This document shows, one piece after another, positions 32,719 through 44,055 of a DNA stretch of 64,000 nucleotides; position 1 is the stretch's first letter; the number at the start of each line of letters is the position of its first letter. The DNA lies in contig CAVWVI010000001.1 in NCBI GenBank assembly GCA_963758495.1, forward strand, positions 224,001 to 288,000, written 5' to 3'. The notes beneath the pieces are model-generated. The model was not told the origin of the DNA. It ran no database searches and worked only from the letters and a program-made list of their open reading frames with translations. Source of the DNA: Oligoflexia bacterium. GTDB taxonomy: Bacteria; Bdellovibrionota; UBA1018. The position numbers and the translations under genes were made by a program.

Positions 32719-35700
32719 CCATGAATTTTACTATAGAATTTATTGAAAGATCCATTTTGATTGTTTTCGTAAGTGTTCTTTATGGCTGTGCACAAAATCT
32801 AGTACCGAGTTCAACCTCTTCAACAACATCTTCCCCGCTCACTCAGCAGAATAGTACAGCCGCCACTTTGACTCGGGCCCAAGTCAGCTTTAATTATCTA
32901 GATTACTATACTTTATCTTCTCCCAATGCCTCAAACTGTGCCGGAGATGTAAAAAATTATTACGACCCACTGACCCTGACCAAATTTCAGCCCAACGTTC
33001 TCAATACTGCGACCACGATTCAACCCACATTTATCAAAAATGTCTCCGTGGACATTACCGATTCAAATGCGGATGAATCCACAAACCTTGCTTATAGTTG
33101 CTCCTATGGAAGCGGTTCAAACGCACCGCCAGTTTCCCAATGCGCTACGTTCGACTATGGCGCTATTGGTGGCATTTCGTCAGCACTGGGAGGATCGCTC
33201 TTACTTTTAGGAGGCCTACATTCAGCCAATTATGCGGACATTCAGAACACAAATTCACATGGTTTTACTGTGGGTTGTGGAATGATGGGTTCAAATTACA
33301 ATCAATGTATCAATACATCTCCTAATGTATCTTCTGCCTATGCCTTAGGGGTCAATTCTCTCTCGGCGGCAGCAGCTGGCACCTCTCTTTCCCCTGGACT
33401 TAACTCTGCAACTGGCCCCATTTCAACTTGGGTTAATTTGGCTTCCAATTCAACTTATACTGGACCGTCGGGATCGAGTGGCGCTTCACTGGTCTATAAT
33501 GCTATTTTACAACGGTTATTATTCTTTGGAGGATCCATTCCAGTTTCAACATTAGGCTCTACTTCTTTTGGCACCACCACTTATGACACTTGGATCTATG
33601 ACTTAAGAACTCAAACTTGGATTCAGATTTCTACCAATGCCGTGATCAACAGTAATTTACTTTCGATTGCCGACAATGACACTTCCACTTCACCTGCTAC
33701 CCTTCGACAACTGGCAAAGGAGGAACAAGGCCGTGCTTTATTTGGCTACGTAGCAGCATCAGGAATGTCCATTTCCCAACTCAGTACATCGGGCGCGGGA
33801 TTAGGATTAGTCAGCGGAACCGGCGTGGACACGACCGATCGGATCATGATTGTAGGTGGACTTGGCCCTTGCTATAATAATCTTTGTTCCGATACTCATA
33901 AATTTAATCCGACCTACAGTCCTGAATATTTTGATACACATGTGCCCAGTAACAATATAGCCACACCTTCAACGACTCCCCCTAGACCTACACAATGGAT
34001 AGATAGTTATTCAGACCAACTGGCAAGTAATTCCAATACGGCTTCGCTTTACACTCCCAACACTTGGCCCCCTCCCACTCCTACCCCTTCACCTTCTCCT
34101 ACTCCCACACCGACACCCTCGGCGTCGCCCACCTATCCTGTGGCTTTGTCCTTCGGAATGGTGGCTTTGAATAATAACTTCCCAAGCAGTGCAGGAACAG
34201 GGGCAAGCAACTTAGCGCAACCGACTTATCCTGCAGTCAATACCCCAGGCGCGGGTTACCTTGCAGTCGCCGGCGGATTTTATGGTAACGCTGCATCATC
34301 TGCAAATTTTAACTTGCCTTCCGGGATCTGCACCTCGATTCAACAATGTGGTGGAATGCAGTTTTTTCTTAAATGGTTGGGCGCCGGAAACAATGCGAAT
34401 GAAAAATCCGCATCCAACTTTTCTTTTGCCACCAACTTCATAGACATTCTGAATAATCAAATTCTTGGAACTGAAAATACCCCTGGAGAATGGGTTTCAG
34501 TCAACCAGGCAAATGATCAAACACCGTGGTTTGGTGGGGGAGTTATGCTCAAAGGCATTAATATCCCCACTGGCACCGTGCCGACACCTACTCCCACCCC
34601 TTACCCAAGTCCAACATCAACCATTGATCCCAGCGCACTCAATCAAGTCGTTTACTTCGGAGGTGCGGACTGCCGAAATTACATGACTGACTCCACACTT
34701 TGTCCGAATTGGCCTAGCCCGGGAAACGTGGGCAAATATTGGATTTTTGGCATTGATCCCGCCTATACTTTTTCTTCGGGCATGCCCTCCCCAACTCCCC
34801 CCACCCCAATGACTAGCAGTGTTCCAACTACCGTTACCATGGGTGGAACTGTCCCCATTAACGCCGGTATGGCAGCAGCCAGAGGTACAGACCCGAATGG
34901 CAATCCCATTATCGTAGCTTGGGCAGGAATGAAAGCACCTACTCAAATCGACAACTCGGGTCACATTTACTACCTCTATAATAACAACGGCGTACCCACT
35001 TGGGCTTCTGTTTCATCCACGACACCGCCTGCTGGAGTAGCCAATGGAGCAATGGTATTTAGCCATGTAACGGGTAAATTTTATCTTTTTGGAGGATATA
35101 ATCCTACGACTGGCACCAATGGCGACACGTGGGAGCTTTCTGTGTCGGGTGCAAACTGCGGAGTCGCCACCACTGCCTCTTGCATTTTTTCATGGACCCC
35201 CCTCAATCCAACCCATGGGCTCACCTGTTATCCGAATTGTCCTCCCGCTCGAAGGTCACATCGTATGGTGGAAGCGAACTACAATTATTTTAATGCTCCT
35301 TTCGAACCCACATGCACCGCCGCTACCACTCCCTGCTCTTTTGGAATTTTTATGGAAGGCGGAACTTCAACAGGAACGTTTCCGCTCTTCTCTGATCGCT
35401 GGATGTTCGATCCCACTGCCAATGGGGGAGCTGGCCATTGGCAACTCGCGGGAGACTTTCCTCCCCGAGTTCTTGCTTCAATGGCAAATGTTGATTATCA
35501 GCCTATTAATTCAAGCACTCCTGTGCATCGAGCCATCTTATTTGGCGGCGAGACCGGTATGCAGGACCCCGTAATGGCCACAGGTTATAATGGCACGAGT
35601 TATTTTGTACCTCCGACCTTAGGCGACACCTGGATGTATGACTATAGTAATAGTTCGTGGAATTTAGTCTCCTTGTATGGACATAGGTATCAAGATGGAA

Positions 35701-37223
35701 CAACACTGACTTCTCTTTCTGAAATAGAAGCAAGAGCTTCGTCCTTAGAGAGTGATACCAGTACTCAAATTTTTTCACCGCCCCCTACCTCGGGAGCAAT
35801 CATGGTCACTCGAACGCTCTCCAAGGCTAACCATCTTTCAACGGATGCGGCGAAGTCTCTTCTCATCCCCGAAGTATTTCTGTTCGGAGGCCGCACGAAA
35901 GAGGGTCACTATAATCTTCTCAATTCTGTTTATAAATTTTGCGCCGGCAGTACAGGTGAAAAACCCTATCCTAATAGTTTAAATGGCACAGTGGTGCCTG
36001 GACCCGACGATGCCAGTTGTGATGCTTACGATCCTACTTCAAATCCCAATTCTCCGAGTCCAATTTCAGCCTATACCGGACGCTGGCTAGTTAAAAAGCC
36101 AAATGGCAAAGCAGGACTAGACACTACCCAAGTAGCATCCTACATGGGAGCAGGTGCATATGATTCAACCCATGATTTAATTATCCTCTATGGAGGTTTA
36201 CAACCTGCCAGCAACTACTCTAATGAGGCTGTCACAGACACCAGTAATAAAATGATTAATAATATCTCACCTGCGGCCTCTACTCCAACTCTTTTGGAAT
36301 ATACACCACCCTCCGCAGTGGAATTGGGCAGTAACACTGCGCCATTTAATGGTACCTGGAGCGCGGTACCGTCCTGTGCGGAATCACCCCAATTGCCCAC
36401 AGGCAGGTATGCACACTCCCTTGCTTATGACCCTCACAATCAAAACTTGATCATGGTCGGTGGACTGGATATTAACGGTAATCCTCTGATTCAAACTCAA
36501 ACCTATAAAGACGGTACAATTTATACGATACCTGAAATATGGACTGCCACGCGAATCGATAGTGCCCAACCCAATGGACAGCCAGCTATCGCCAATGGCC
36601 CCTTTCCTTGTTACTACTGGTCACAAATTACACTCTTTGGAAATTCAATTGATATTCCAGCTCAAACACCCCCGTATTCGGGCCTTGCCAACGCTGCAAG
36701 TGTGCTCATACCCTCTACTGGCTATAACACTGGTTTTTACACTACATTTGATAATGTTTGTGCGAATACCGGACCCATTGCCAGTGCAGATCCTACTGTC
36801 AGTAAACTTCTATCAGGAGGAGCTTATTTTGACATTGATCGAACACAATTAGGAAGTAACGAAAACCTGATTCTGAATTTAACGTTTATCCCACTGGGGA
36901 TAAAAAATACCGAACCCAATCTCGCTTCTCTTTCTACTACAGAACAAGCGGTATTCAGAATCCATCTTATAAAAACGAATGAGGCCACAGCGGTCCTTCA
37001 ACAGCGTCTCCAGCCACGCGATTTACTCTACTCTTCAACGGATCAATATCCAGAAATTGCTCAAAACATCACGGTGCTCACACCGCCGGTTGGACAAATT
37101 AGACAAGAACAAGTCTACATCCCCCTCTCATTTAACTCGACAATCGACCGAATTCGAATTGAAAGATACTCTGGAAATGCAATCCTCATTAATGCCAGTT
37201 TATATCGCCTAGGCCAGCACTAA
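32715..37223 (+). CDS. Large Kelch-like beta-propeller lipoprotein B (1502 aa)
   Basis: Lipobox LYGC; repeated LLFFGG/YLFGG/ILFGG...DTWxYD blades; PTPTP linkers. Confidence 0.82.
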   Translation: MTMNFTIEFIERSILIVFVSVLYGCAQNLVPSSTSSTTSSPLTQQNSTAATLTRAQVSFNYLDYYTLSSPNASNCAGDVKNYYDPLTLTKFQPNVLNTATTIQPTFIKNVSVDITDSNADESTNLAYSCSYGSGSNAPPVSQCATFDYGAIGGISSALGGSLLLLGGLHSANYADIQNTNSHGFTVGCGMMGSNYNQCINTSPNVSSAYALGVNSLSAAAAGTSLSPGLNSATGPISTWVNLASNSTYTGPSGSSGASLVYNAILQRLLFFGGSIPVSTLGSTSFGTTTYDTWIYDLRTQTWIQISTNAVINSNLLSIADNDTSTSPATLRQLAKEEQGRALFGYVAASGMSISQLSTSGAGLGLVSGTGVDTTDRIMIVGGLGPCYNNLCSDTHKFNPTYSPEYFDTHVPSNNIATPSTTPPRPTQWIDSYSDQLASNSNTASLYTPNTWPPPTPTPSPSPTPTPTPSASPTYPVALSFGMVALNNNFPSSAGTGASNLAQPTYPAVNTPGAGYLAVAGGFYGNAASSANFNLPSGICTSIQQCGGMQFFLKWLGAGNNANEKSASNFSFATNFIDILNNQILGTENTPGEWVSVNQANDQTPWFGGGVMLKGINIPTGTVPTPTPTPYPSPTSTIDPSALNQVVYFGGADCRNYMTDSTLCPNWPSPGNVGKYWIFGIDPAYTFSSGMPSPTPPTPMTSSVPTTVTMGGTVPINAGMAAARGTDPNGNPIIVAWAGMKAPTQIDNSGHIYYLYNNNGVPTWASVSSTTPPAGVANGAMVFSHVTGKFYLFGGYNPTTGTNGDTWELSVSGANCGVATTASCIFSWTPLNPTHGLTCYPNCPPARRSHRMVEANYNYFNAPFEPTCTAATTPCSFGIFMEGGTSTGTFPLFSDRWMFDPTANGGAGHWQLAGDFPPRVLASMANVDYQPINSSTPVHRAILFGGETGMQDPVMATGYNGTSYFVPPTLGDTWMYDYSNSSWNLVSLYGHRYQDGTTLTSLSEIEARASSLESDTSTQIFSPPPTSGAIMVTRTLSKANHLSTDAAKSLLIPEVFLFGGRTKEGHYNLLNSVYKFCAGSTGEKPYPNSLNGTVVPGPDDASCDAYDPTSNPNSPSPISAYTGRWLVKKPNGKAGLDTTQVASYMGAGAYDSTHDLIILYGGLQPASNYSNEAVTDTSNKMINNISPAASTPTLLEYTPPSAVELGSNTAPFNGTWSAVPSCAESPQLPTGRYAHSLAYDPHNQNLIMVGGLDINGNPLIQTQTYKDGTIYTIPEIWTATRIDSAQPNGQPAIANGPFPCYYWSQITLFGNSIDIPAQTPPYSGLANAASVLIPSTGYNTGFYTTFDNVCANTGPIASADPTVSKLLSGGAYFDIDRTQLGSNENLILNLTFIPLGIKNTEPNLASLSTTEQAVFRIHLIKTNEATAVLQQRLQPRDLLYSSTDQYPEIAQNITVLTPPVGQIRQEQVYIPLSFNSTIDRIRIERYSGNAILINASLYRLGQH

Positions 37224-37500
37224 AAATATGCCAACTACCTAGAGTCTAAATGCTTATAAAATCAAGCAATTACACTGTCTAAATTTTTTTCACTGAAAAT
37301 TTTTTATACAACGATAGAATTTTTCTATTAAATCAAATGATTTTAAATACATATCATTAGCAACTTATTTTTTTATTATTTTGTGTTTAACAAGTATACA
37401 CCCACCACCAGTTAAGTCACTGAAACAATGTTATTTTTAAAGATTATTTAACAATTTGCATGAAAATTGCAGCTCCCTTACCTTATAAGGAGGCATTATT

Positions 37501-39516
37501 GTGAAGCCATGGGAGACCTCCCCTACTAACAGGGGCCGAATTCTATTATTAATTGTCACGAGCTGTTTCTCAGCCTGTACAAATAATCTCAGTTTAGGCA
37601 CCGCTTCGAGCACCTCTCAACAGACAGTCGTACCTCCCACTACGGGAACTACAACTTCAGGCGTTCTGACTATCAGTCGAGTCGTTAAAAACGCAACAAC
37701 CCCAAATAAGACCGTAGACATCGTGGGCGATGGCACAAACGCCATGGGGAATATTTGTGTCCCCTCCGATGGGAGTAGTCCACTGGTCACCACAAGCACC
37801 ACGGTTTGTAATTGCACTTTCGCCTACAACACCACCCTGGAGCCTAATCAATCTATCGATGTTCCAGTCACTTATCATGAAACCAATTTACTTCGCTGTA
37901 ATTACAATACCCTTCCCTCTGATGTCACTTCTTTCAACCTCTCCATTCACCTCACCAGTTCCAATAGTTACAGTAATGTTGTTAATTTCAATCTCGCGAC
38001 GGGCGGCACCACCTTAGACCTGACCAATCCAACTAGTTTCACCACACCCATTCGATATCAATGTCGCGATATTGTAAATATCCTGTATAGTTTAGATTCA
38101 GGGGGTTCTGGAATTTATGATCCATTTCAATCCGAAGATCCACACATGACCTACCCCTTGGATTATTATGCTACCAACCTTTATAGCGCGGTAACCAGCT
38201 ACGTCGGGGCCGGAGCCAGCTCTTGGAGATGTCCTTCCGTCTTAAACCCCAATCAATATCTTGCAAATTCGGTATTTCCAGGAGATTCAAGTGGACTTTC
38301 TGCACTCCAACAATTCACTGCCGCAAATTACGTTAATTTGAATATCTACAGTATAGGCCCTCTTTCAGGTGGCGGTGGAAGTATGATTTACCCTCCTACC
38401 GCAGGCACCTTTGATCGTTCCACTTTCTACTTAGCAACGCAGGCTTCCGGAATTTTTAATGTTGCTGTAAATGCTTATATTGCACCCAACATCATTTCAG
38501 TGACTCCCCCGTCAGTGCCCGCCGCAGCGGCAGCGTCTCCACCTCCTTTAGGATATGGTGTAACACCGACTCCCATAGGCACTGCTGGAAGTGGTCAAGA
38601 AACCTGTCCCGATACCAGTGTAGCCATTCCACCTAATTACCATTGGGTTAAGGTCTGGCTTTTTCGTGCAGGGCTAGCTCAAAGACATTTCACAACCAGC
38701 AACGATATTACAAAGCTTCAAAGTATTAGTTGCAATCCAGGGGACTGGCCTTCTACCGAAGGAACCGCAACCAATATTATTAATCAACCTATCTTTAGTG
38801 GCTGTGAAGCTTCACTTTCAGATCCTACACCGATTAGCTCTCCTACCCCTGGCACGTCCATAGCTTTAAACGACGTTGGATCTACTGCTCACCCTACCCT
38901 CACTTTGGCCGATCGAGTTTTAGGAGGAGTAGGACAACAATGCGTTCATCTACAAAAAACCGGCACCGCTTCTTGTAGCGCCGGGAACCCTGGAGCTTCT
39001 TGTACGGATGGAGTGAATAACGACGACCTTTGGGAGGTTCTCATTCCCAACGCATCTCTCTATCCACAATCCGCATCGATTGGATGCTCTGCAACCGCAA
39101 CGGTAGCCGCACCCGCGGATGATGTGCTCAATATTTGCGGCTCACTGACCTCTCCGGTTCATCCGACTACTTATAATTTAACTACCGTGGACTATGACTT
39201 AACAGCGCTCCAACCCAATGCACGTTATGATTTTCTTTTTGTCGTCACCCCCACGAGTGTCATGACTGAGAACATGCTCGACACTTCCAGTTCAAGCACC
39301 AGCTTACCTTATCAACCTTATCGTTTTTATACTAACCTAGACTGTCTCTCTCCCGACCCCAATGCCGCTGCTGCGGGTGACTGTTTACCTCAAAATATTA
39401 TTAGTTATGGTATAAAATTTCATGACGTTGGAACCAATGGAGATCCAGGATCGAGCGATCCTACTAACCCAAGTGCAGGAGTATTTCCGGTATGTGCACT
39501 TCAACCTAATCTATAG
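37501..39516 (+). CDS. Cys/Thr/Pro-rich lipoprotein C
   Basis: AGGAGG RBS, lipobox FSAC, many Cys. Confidence 0.8.
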   Translation: MKPWETSPTNRGRILLLIVTSCFSACTNNLSLGTASSTSQQTVVPPTTGTTTSGVLTISRVVKNATTPNKTVDIVGDGTNAMGNICVPSDGSSPLVTTSTTVCNCTFAYNTTLEPNQSIDVPVTYHETNLLRCNYNTLPSDVTSFNLSIHLTSSNSYSNVVNFNLATGGTTLDLTNPTSFTTPIRYQCRDIVNILYSLDSGGSGIYDPFQSEDPHMTYPLDYYATNLYSAVTSYVGAGASSWRCPSVLNPNQYLANSVFPGDSSGLSALQQFTAANYVNLNIYSIGPLSGGGGSMIYPPTAGTFDRSTFYLATQASGIFNVAVNAYIAPNIISVTPPSVPAAAAASPPPLGYGVTPTPIGTAGSGQETCPDTSVAIPPNYHWVKVWLFRAGLAQRHFTTSNDITKLQSISCNPGDWPSTEGTATNIINQPIFSGCEASLSDPTPISSPTPGTSIALNDVGSTAHPTLTLADRVLGGVGQQCVHLQKTGTASCSAGNPGASCTDGVNNDDLWEVLIPNASLYPQSASIGCSATATVAAPADDVLNICGSLTSPVHPTTYNLTTVDYDLTALQPNARYDFLFVVTPTSVMTENMLDTSSSSTSLPYQPYRFYTNLDCLSPDPNAAAAGDCLPQNIISYGIKFHDVGTNGDPGSSDPTNPSAGVFPVCALQPNL

Positions 39517-39539
39517 GAAAGGATTTTATAGGAAATGCT

Positions 39540-41834
39540 ATGAGGAACTTGAGAGCTCAATCTATCTTAACCCTTTCAACATTCATTTTACTTCTTTCAA
39601 CCTTGACTTTAAGCAGTTGCAGTAACTCTCTCAATAGTAGTCTTTTAAGTTCCACTAGCTCGTCTTCAACCACCACAACCACCGCAAGCACTACTCAAGA
39701 TAAGTTCGTGATTTCAACAGCGACTACGAATGGAACAACCACGACCCCCGCCACCCTGATAAGCCTTTACTTCAATACAACACAGTCCACTGCACCTGTA
39801 ACCAATCACTGCAATACGAGTGCAGCTGGCGGTGCTCAAACGGTAAAGTCTTGCATTTGCCAATTTACTTGGAATCAAATTAATCCGTATACTGGATCTT
39901 CGAGCACGACGAATACGACCTCCAGCTCAGTCCCTCGTATTGTGCAAACTGCGATGACAGCAGTCCAACCGAGCTTTCTTTCTTGCAGCGTCCCGAACGT
40001 TTATGCGACAGAAATCCCAGATGGAACCCAAATTCTGTTGACGATTCTACCCTCTTCAGGGAACCCAGATTCAACATTATTTACAACCAATACGATTACC
40101 TTCACTAAAAGTACCAGTGTAGTATCCGGAAGTTTCCAAGACTCTCAAGGACATTTATTCACCAATATTTTTCACTACGCCTGTTACCAAAAGTTCACGA
40201 GAGGAATCACCATTCAAAACGCCGTCCAACAATTACCTAACCCTACGACAGGAGCAAACTTTCCCGTAGTGATTGCGTCTCAATTTTGTCTCACCTCTGC
40301 AACTGCTGGAGCGCCGGGGGCCAATTGTGCGAGTCTTCCACCCAAAGACTATTCAGCAGAGTCATTTTTTTATAATCTCTACGTGATGGATAGTGAAAAA
40401 GGAGACATTAACCAATTCAACAGCAGCATGATTTGCCCGCTGGTCACCGAAGCTTTAGGCAGCAATCATACGATTGGCTTACAAAACCAGCCTTGGCCCC
40501 TGGATTCTACCTTTGCTCTGACGTTATCTCCCAATACGACATTTTCAGTGGGAGTGGTCGCTAATACAAAACTATCAGATGGGACCGATCCTACAGCGGT
40601 CGGAAGCGCTTGCTTTGCAGGACAGGCTGTTGCGAACGGCGGGCCATTCATTAATTCTTGTTTAGGATTTGCGGCACCTACCAACTCGGATGGCACCTGC
40701 CCCAGTTTCACGAATTCATCTGGACAATCACAAGCGACGTATCGACTCCGCCGATTTATAGCAATCTATCCACACCTTTTTGATACCAATGGCCAACCTT
40801 TCCAGAATCAATCTCAAGGAGTTGATACGATTTATGTTCTGGATCGCCCAGTCACCTCTTCTTCAAATGCAAATCCACTCAAACCCTATACGATGAGAGG
40901 CCCCAAACCCTGTCCTTTTGCCTACTTTGACCGCCAAGGCACCGCCAACGGAAATATCGGCTATGTGGCGTCCAGCGACTCGAATTGGAATCAAAAAAAT
41001 ATTGACGGCCTTCAATTTCCTAACAAAGATGGAACCGCTTGGGATAAAAGTCCTTCTTGTTCAGCCGCACTCCCTCAAGTCAGTACTGACAAATCTTTTA
41101 TCAGTATCAGAACTGTAAATATCAATAATTCCAGCCCTACAAGTGCATGGAACTCAGCACCCTTTCAACATCTTTATGTTCGGCCAGACCCCCCTTATCT
41201 ACCTCATTACGAGGAAGACCCCAGCTTTACCGCATGTGCACCTCAAGCCACACCCCTCGTGGATGCACCTCTGCACTTTTCCCGCAACCCCGTCACTGGA
41301 AATGTGGCATGGTGCTCAGAATCTTATCCCACTCAAAATCCAAATATACAAAATTTAGATCCACCCCTGACGCCTACCTCGAATCCAACTATCCCCACGG
41401 GCACCATTGCTCCCTACACTTCACATACGGTCAAAAACTCAGCCAGCAGTACCTGTAATGCCACTGCCATTAGTATCCCTACGAGTAATTATTCTTATCC
41501 AGTGACTGGTTTCGCGATGCACTCGAGTTCGACACCTTGGAATACGACAGCACTTGCAAATCAGACGTGTGATCGCACCGCCACTTCCGCAGGCCTTGCG
41601 TGGCCACGGTTCCCTCTTCTCGCCCCAGCTGCCGCCGTTGAAGCAGCCATTAATACCGATAATAGCTATCAATGCACGGTTTCCTATGATAATGGGGGGA
41701 GCAAAACAAATAACTCGACCCCTTCGGATGGCTGTTGTAATAAAACGAGTGTCTTTGTACCGACCAGTACTTCAACGGGAGCAAGTAGTGCTCACCTTGA
41801 ACCGGATGTCGCTTGCAATTCACCTAACTATTAA
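39540..41834 (+). CDS. Cys/Thr/Pro-rich lipoprotein D, paralog of C
   Basis: Lipobox LSSC, Ser/Thr linker, motif blocks shared with C. Confidence 0.8.
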   Translation: MRNLRAQSILTLSTFILLLSTLTLSSCSNSLNSSLLSSTSSSSTTTTTASTTQDKFVISTATTNGTTTTPATLISLYFNTTQSTAPVTNHCNTSAAGGAQTVKSCICQFTWNQINPYTGSSSTTNTTSSSVPRIVQTAMTAVQPSFLSCSVPNVYATEIPDGTQILLTILPSSGNPDSTLFTTNTITFTKSTSVVSGSFQDSQGHLFTNIFHYACYQKFTRGITIQNAVQQLPNPTTGANFPVVIASQFCLTSATAGAPGANCASLPPKDYSAESFFYNLYVMDSEKGDINQFNSSMICPLVTEALGSNHTIGLQNQPWPLDSTFALTLSPNTTFSVGVVANTKLSDGTDPTAVGSACFAGQAVANGGPFINSCLGFAAPTNSDGTCPSFTNSSGQSQATYRLRRFIAIYPHLFDTNGQPFQNQSQGVDTIYVLDRPVTSSSNANPLKPYTMRGPKPCPFAYFDRQGTANGNIGYVASSDSNWNQKNIDGLQFPNKDGTAWDKSPSCSAALPQVSTDKSFISIRTVNINNSSPTSAWNSAPFQHLYVRPDPPYLPHYEEDPSFTACAPQATPLVDAPLHFSRNPVTGNVAWCSESYPTQNPNIQNLDPPLTPTSNPTIPTGTIAPYTSHTVKNSASSTCNATAISIPTSNYSYPVTGFAMHSSSTPWNTTALANQTCDRTATSAGLAWPRFPLLAPAAAVEAAINTDNSYQCTVSYDNGGSKTNNSTPSDGCCNKTSVFVPTSTSTGASSAHLEPDVACNSPNY

Positions 41835-41864
41835 TTTATACATAGAAATGAAATATACTTACAA

Positions 41865-42863
41865 ATGAGCAACTTCGTAATTACTCTATCCGTAGACCAA
41901 CCTTCTATTCGGTTAGATCTCGCATTACTTGAAGCGCTTAAACTCCGTCAAATTGAAATTTCCCGAAACTCTCTGAAATCAGCTTTTCATGAGAAAAAAT
42001 TGTTTTACAGAGGAATTCCAGCAAAGCCTTCTCAAATTCTTTTTTTAGGGACACATGAAGTCACTTGGAAAAACTGGAATCCAGATCACTTCGCGCCTCC
42101 TCAAGCACATGCGTCTGAACGAGGCTGTTTTCTTCCTGTGGTCTATGAAGATGAAAACCTTCTCGTCTTAAATAAAGAAACGAAAATTCCGTCTATCCCC
42201 CATCTCACTTCGGAAACCGAGACCGCTGTAGGTGCTGCCCTTGCCAGATGCCCTGACCTGGTCCACGTAGGAAGGAAAGGGCTTGAACCTGGAATTATAC
42301 ATAGACTCGATACAGATACGAGTGGCCTTTTGGTATTTGCAAAAACCCAAGAAGAATTTGAAAGACTCAGTCTAGAATGGAAAAAAAGAGAAGTTGAAAA
42401 ATATTATCGTGCTTGGGTAAAAATCTCCTCACCACTTCCCGCCCCACCCGTGCGTTTAGACTTTCCCTTAGCTCATGATGCCCATTCGTCCAAGAAAATG
42501 ATTGGCCTCAACAAACCCACGAGAAATGCCATCCGAGGCAAACCACTCCCCGCTGTCACAACTATTTTAGCTCTTCATAAAACAGTCGAGGTTGAAGAAT
42601 CTCAAGCAACCTCTCATGAAACGTACACTGACTTAGAAATCCAAATTGAAACAGGAGTGATGCATCAAATTCGCTGCCACCTTTCCACTATGGGATGGCC
42701 TATCGTCGGAGATCAGACTTATCGAGGAGATCATTCTGAGCGCCTTTGGCTACATGCCTGGCGTTTAAAATTACCCCTTAAAAACGGAGTGTGGCTTACT
42801 CTAGAAGCGGCACTTCCTGAGGGCTGGAATTCCATAGTAAAACCATTGCAGAGGGCACTTTAA
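41865..42863 (+). CDS. RluA/RluD family pseudouridine synthase
   Basis: S4-like RLD start, VLNK, IIHRLDTDTSGLL, TGVMHQIRCH, GDQTY, LHAWRL. Confidence 0.93.
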   Translation: MSNFVITLSVDQPSIRLDLALLEALKLRQIEISRNSLKSAFHEKKLFYRGIPAKPSQILFLGTHEVTWKNWNPDHFAPPQAHASERGCFLPVVYEDENLLVLNKETKIPSIPHLTSETETAVGAALARCPDLVHVGRKGLEPGIIHRLDTDTSGLLVFAKTQEEFERLSLEWKKREVEKYYRAWVKISSPLPAPPVRLDFPLAHDAHSSKKMIGLNKPTRNAIRGKPLPAVTTILALHKTVEVEESQATSHETYTDLEIQIETGVMHQIRCHLSTMGWPIVGDQTYRGDHSERLWLHAWRLKLPLKNGVWLTLEAALPEGWNSIVKPLQRAL

Positions 42864-42916
42864 CTGCTTAAAATATCTATCTACGCACTACCAAGAAATG
42901 GGCATGCCATTTTGAT

Positions 42917-43831
42917 TTATCGTGCTGACTGAGAAACAGATCTAACAGATTCTGATGAACTACTTCCTAATCTGCTATAATCTGGCTTACTGTGATTATT
43001 TGCCAAGGAAGCTAATTCACGAGGAGCATCCACCTGACCCGTCTGCTCCCTAGACTTGAATAAGTTCGATAAGAACGAAGCCATTGAGTCTTTCTTTTTT
43101 CGAACACATGTAAGTTTTGAGAACACATCATGCTTATGCTTAATTTCATTGTTTTCTTCAATAAACCCGAGCTTATGAAGTTTTTTAGCAAACCAACTAT
43201 TGGTATTTTTACTCTCGTTATATAATTTAACTTTACTTTCAATTTTTGGTTTCAATGAGCCCTCAAGGTGAGGAATAAGAGATGCAAATCCAGTAACAGC
43301 TGCAGTCATAGTTGCTAAAATACCCGTCATAGGTGCAAATACAGGAGCAGCAACGATAGTTGCAGATACGGTTCCAGCAATTGTTGATGCCACGCCAAGA
43401 GCAGTTGCTAAAACTTTTGCATCACTGATATATTTTTTTTCATTTTTCTCATAAATATCATCACTAAATTTATACATCCACTCACTTCGTATGGGTAAAC
43501 CTTTTATACTTTTATTTCTAAAAAGGCCTTTATTTATGTATTTTAGTTGTGAACTATCGCTTTCTCCGATAACAAACTCTCCGTGTTGATCAAAACCATA
43601 CTTAAGACACACTCTGTCGGCGTTTTCACGATAGAATACATCTTTATCATCTTGAGAGAAATATTTGAAAGCTTTTGTCTGACTTGGAAGAGCGATGTAT
43701 CGATTTGAAAGGTCTACAACTTCTTCTTTATGTCCCTTAGACATCGCCAATGCACTTGCTGATTGTCCCAATAGGATTACGCCGGTAATAAGGGATATAT
43801 GAGCTTTTCTAAACTTACTTAAATTTTTCAT
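42917..43831 (-). CDS. Secreted hypothetical protein with central hydrophobic hairpin
   Basis: Signal peptide ending ALA; uncharged ~47-aa stretch VLATALG...FASLI. Confidence 0.7.
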   Translation of the reverse strand: MKNLSKFRKAHISLITGVILLGQSASALAMSKGHKEEVVDLSNRYIALPSQTKAFKYFSQDDKDVFYRENADRVCLKYGFDQHGEFVIGESDSSQLKYINKGLFRNKSIKGLPIRSEWMYKFSDDIYEKNEKKYISDAKVLATALGVASTIAGTVSATIVAAPVFAPMTGILATMTAAVTGFASLIPHLEGSLKPKIESKVKLYNESKNTNSWFAKKLHKLGFIEENNEIKHKHDVFSKLTCVRKKKDSMASFLSNLFKSREQTGQVDAPRELASLANNHSKPDYSRLGSSSSESVRSVSQSAR

Positions 43832-43868
43832 AATAATTACCTTTCGTTAATGTAATATCTAAGTATAT

Positions 43869-43884
43869 TGCATGAAGCAAGCCA
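43869..43884 (-). promoter_or_regulatory. Putative sigma54 -24/-12 promoter
   Basis: Minus strand TGGCTTGCTTCATGCA (GG-N10-GC). Confidence 0.45.
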
Positions 43885-44055
43885 TCTAAGCTCACAATCC
43901 ATCAAGAACGACAAGAACATGATAACATTACTTAATTACACTCTATTAGAATATTAATTTATAAAATATAAACCACATTAGTTACAAAACGATGAATAAC
44001 CTATTTCATACTGTCAAAATGTTCCACAGCCACAATTAAAGCACCCAACTACTCG

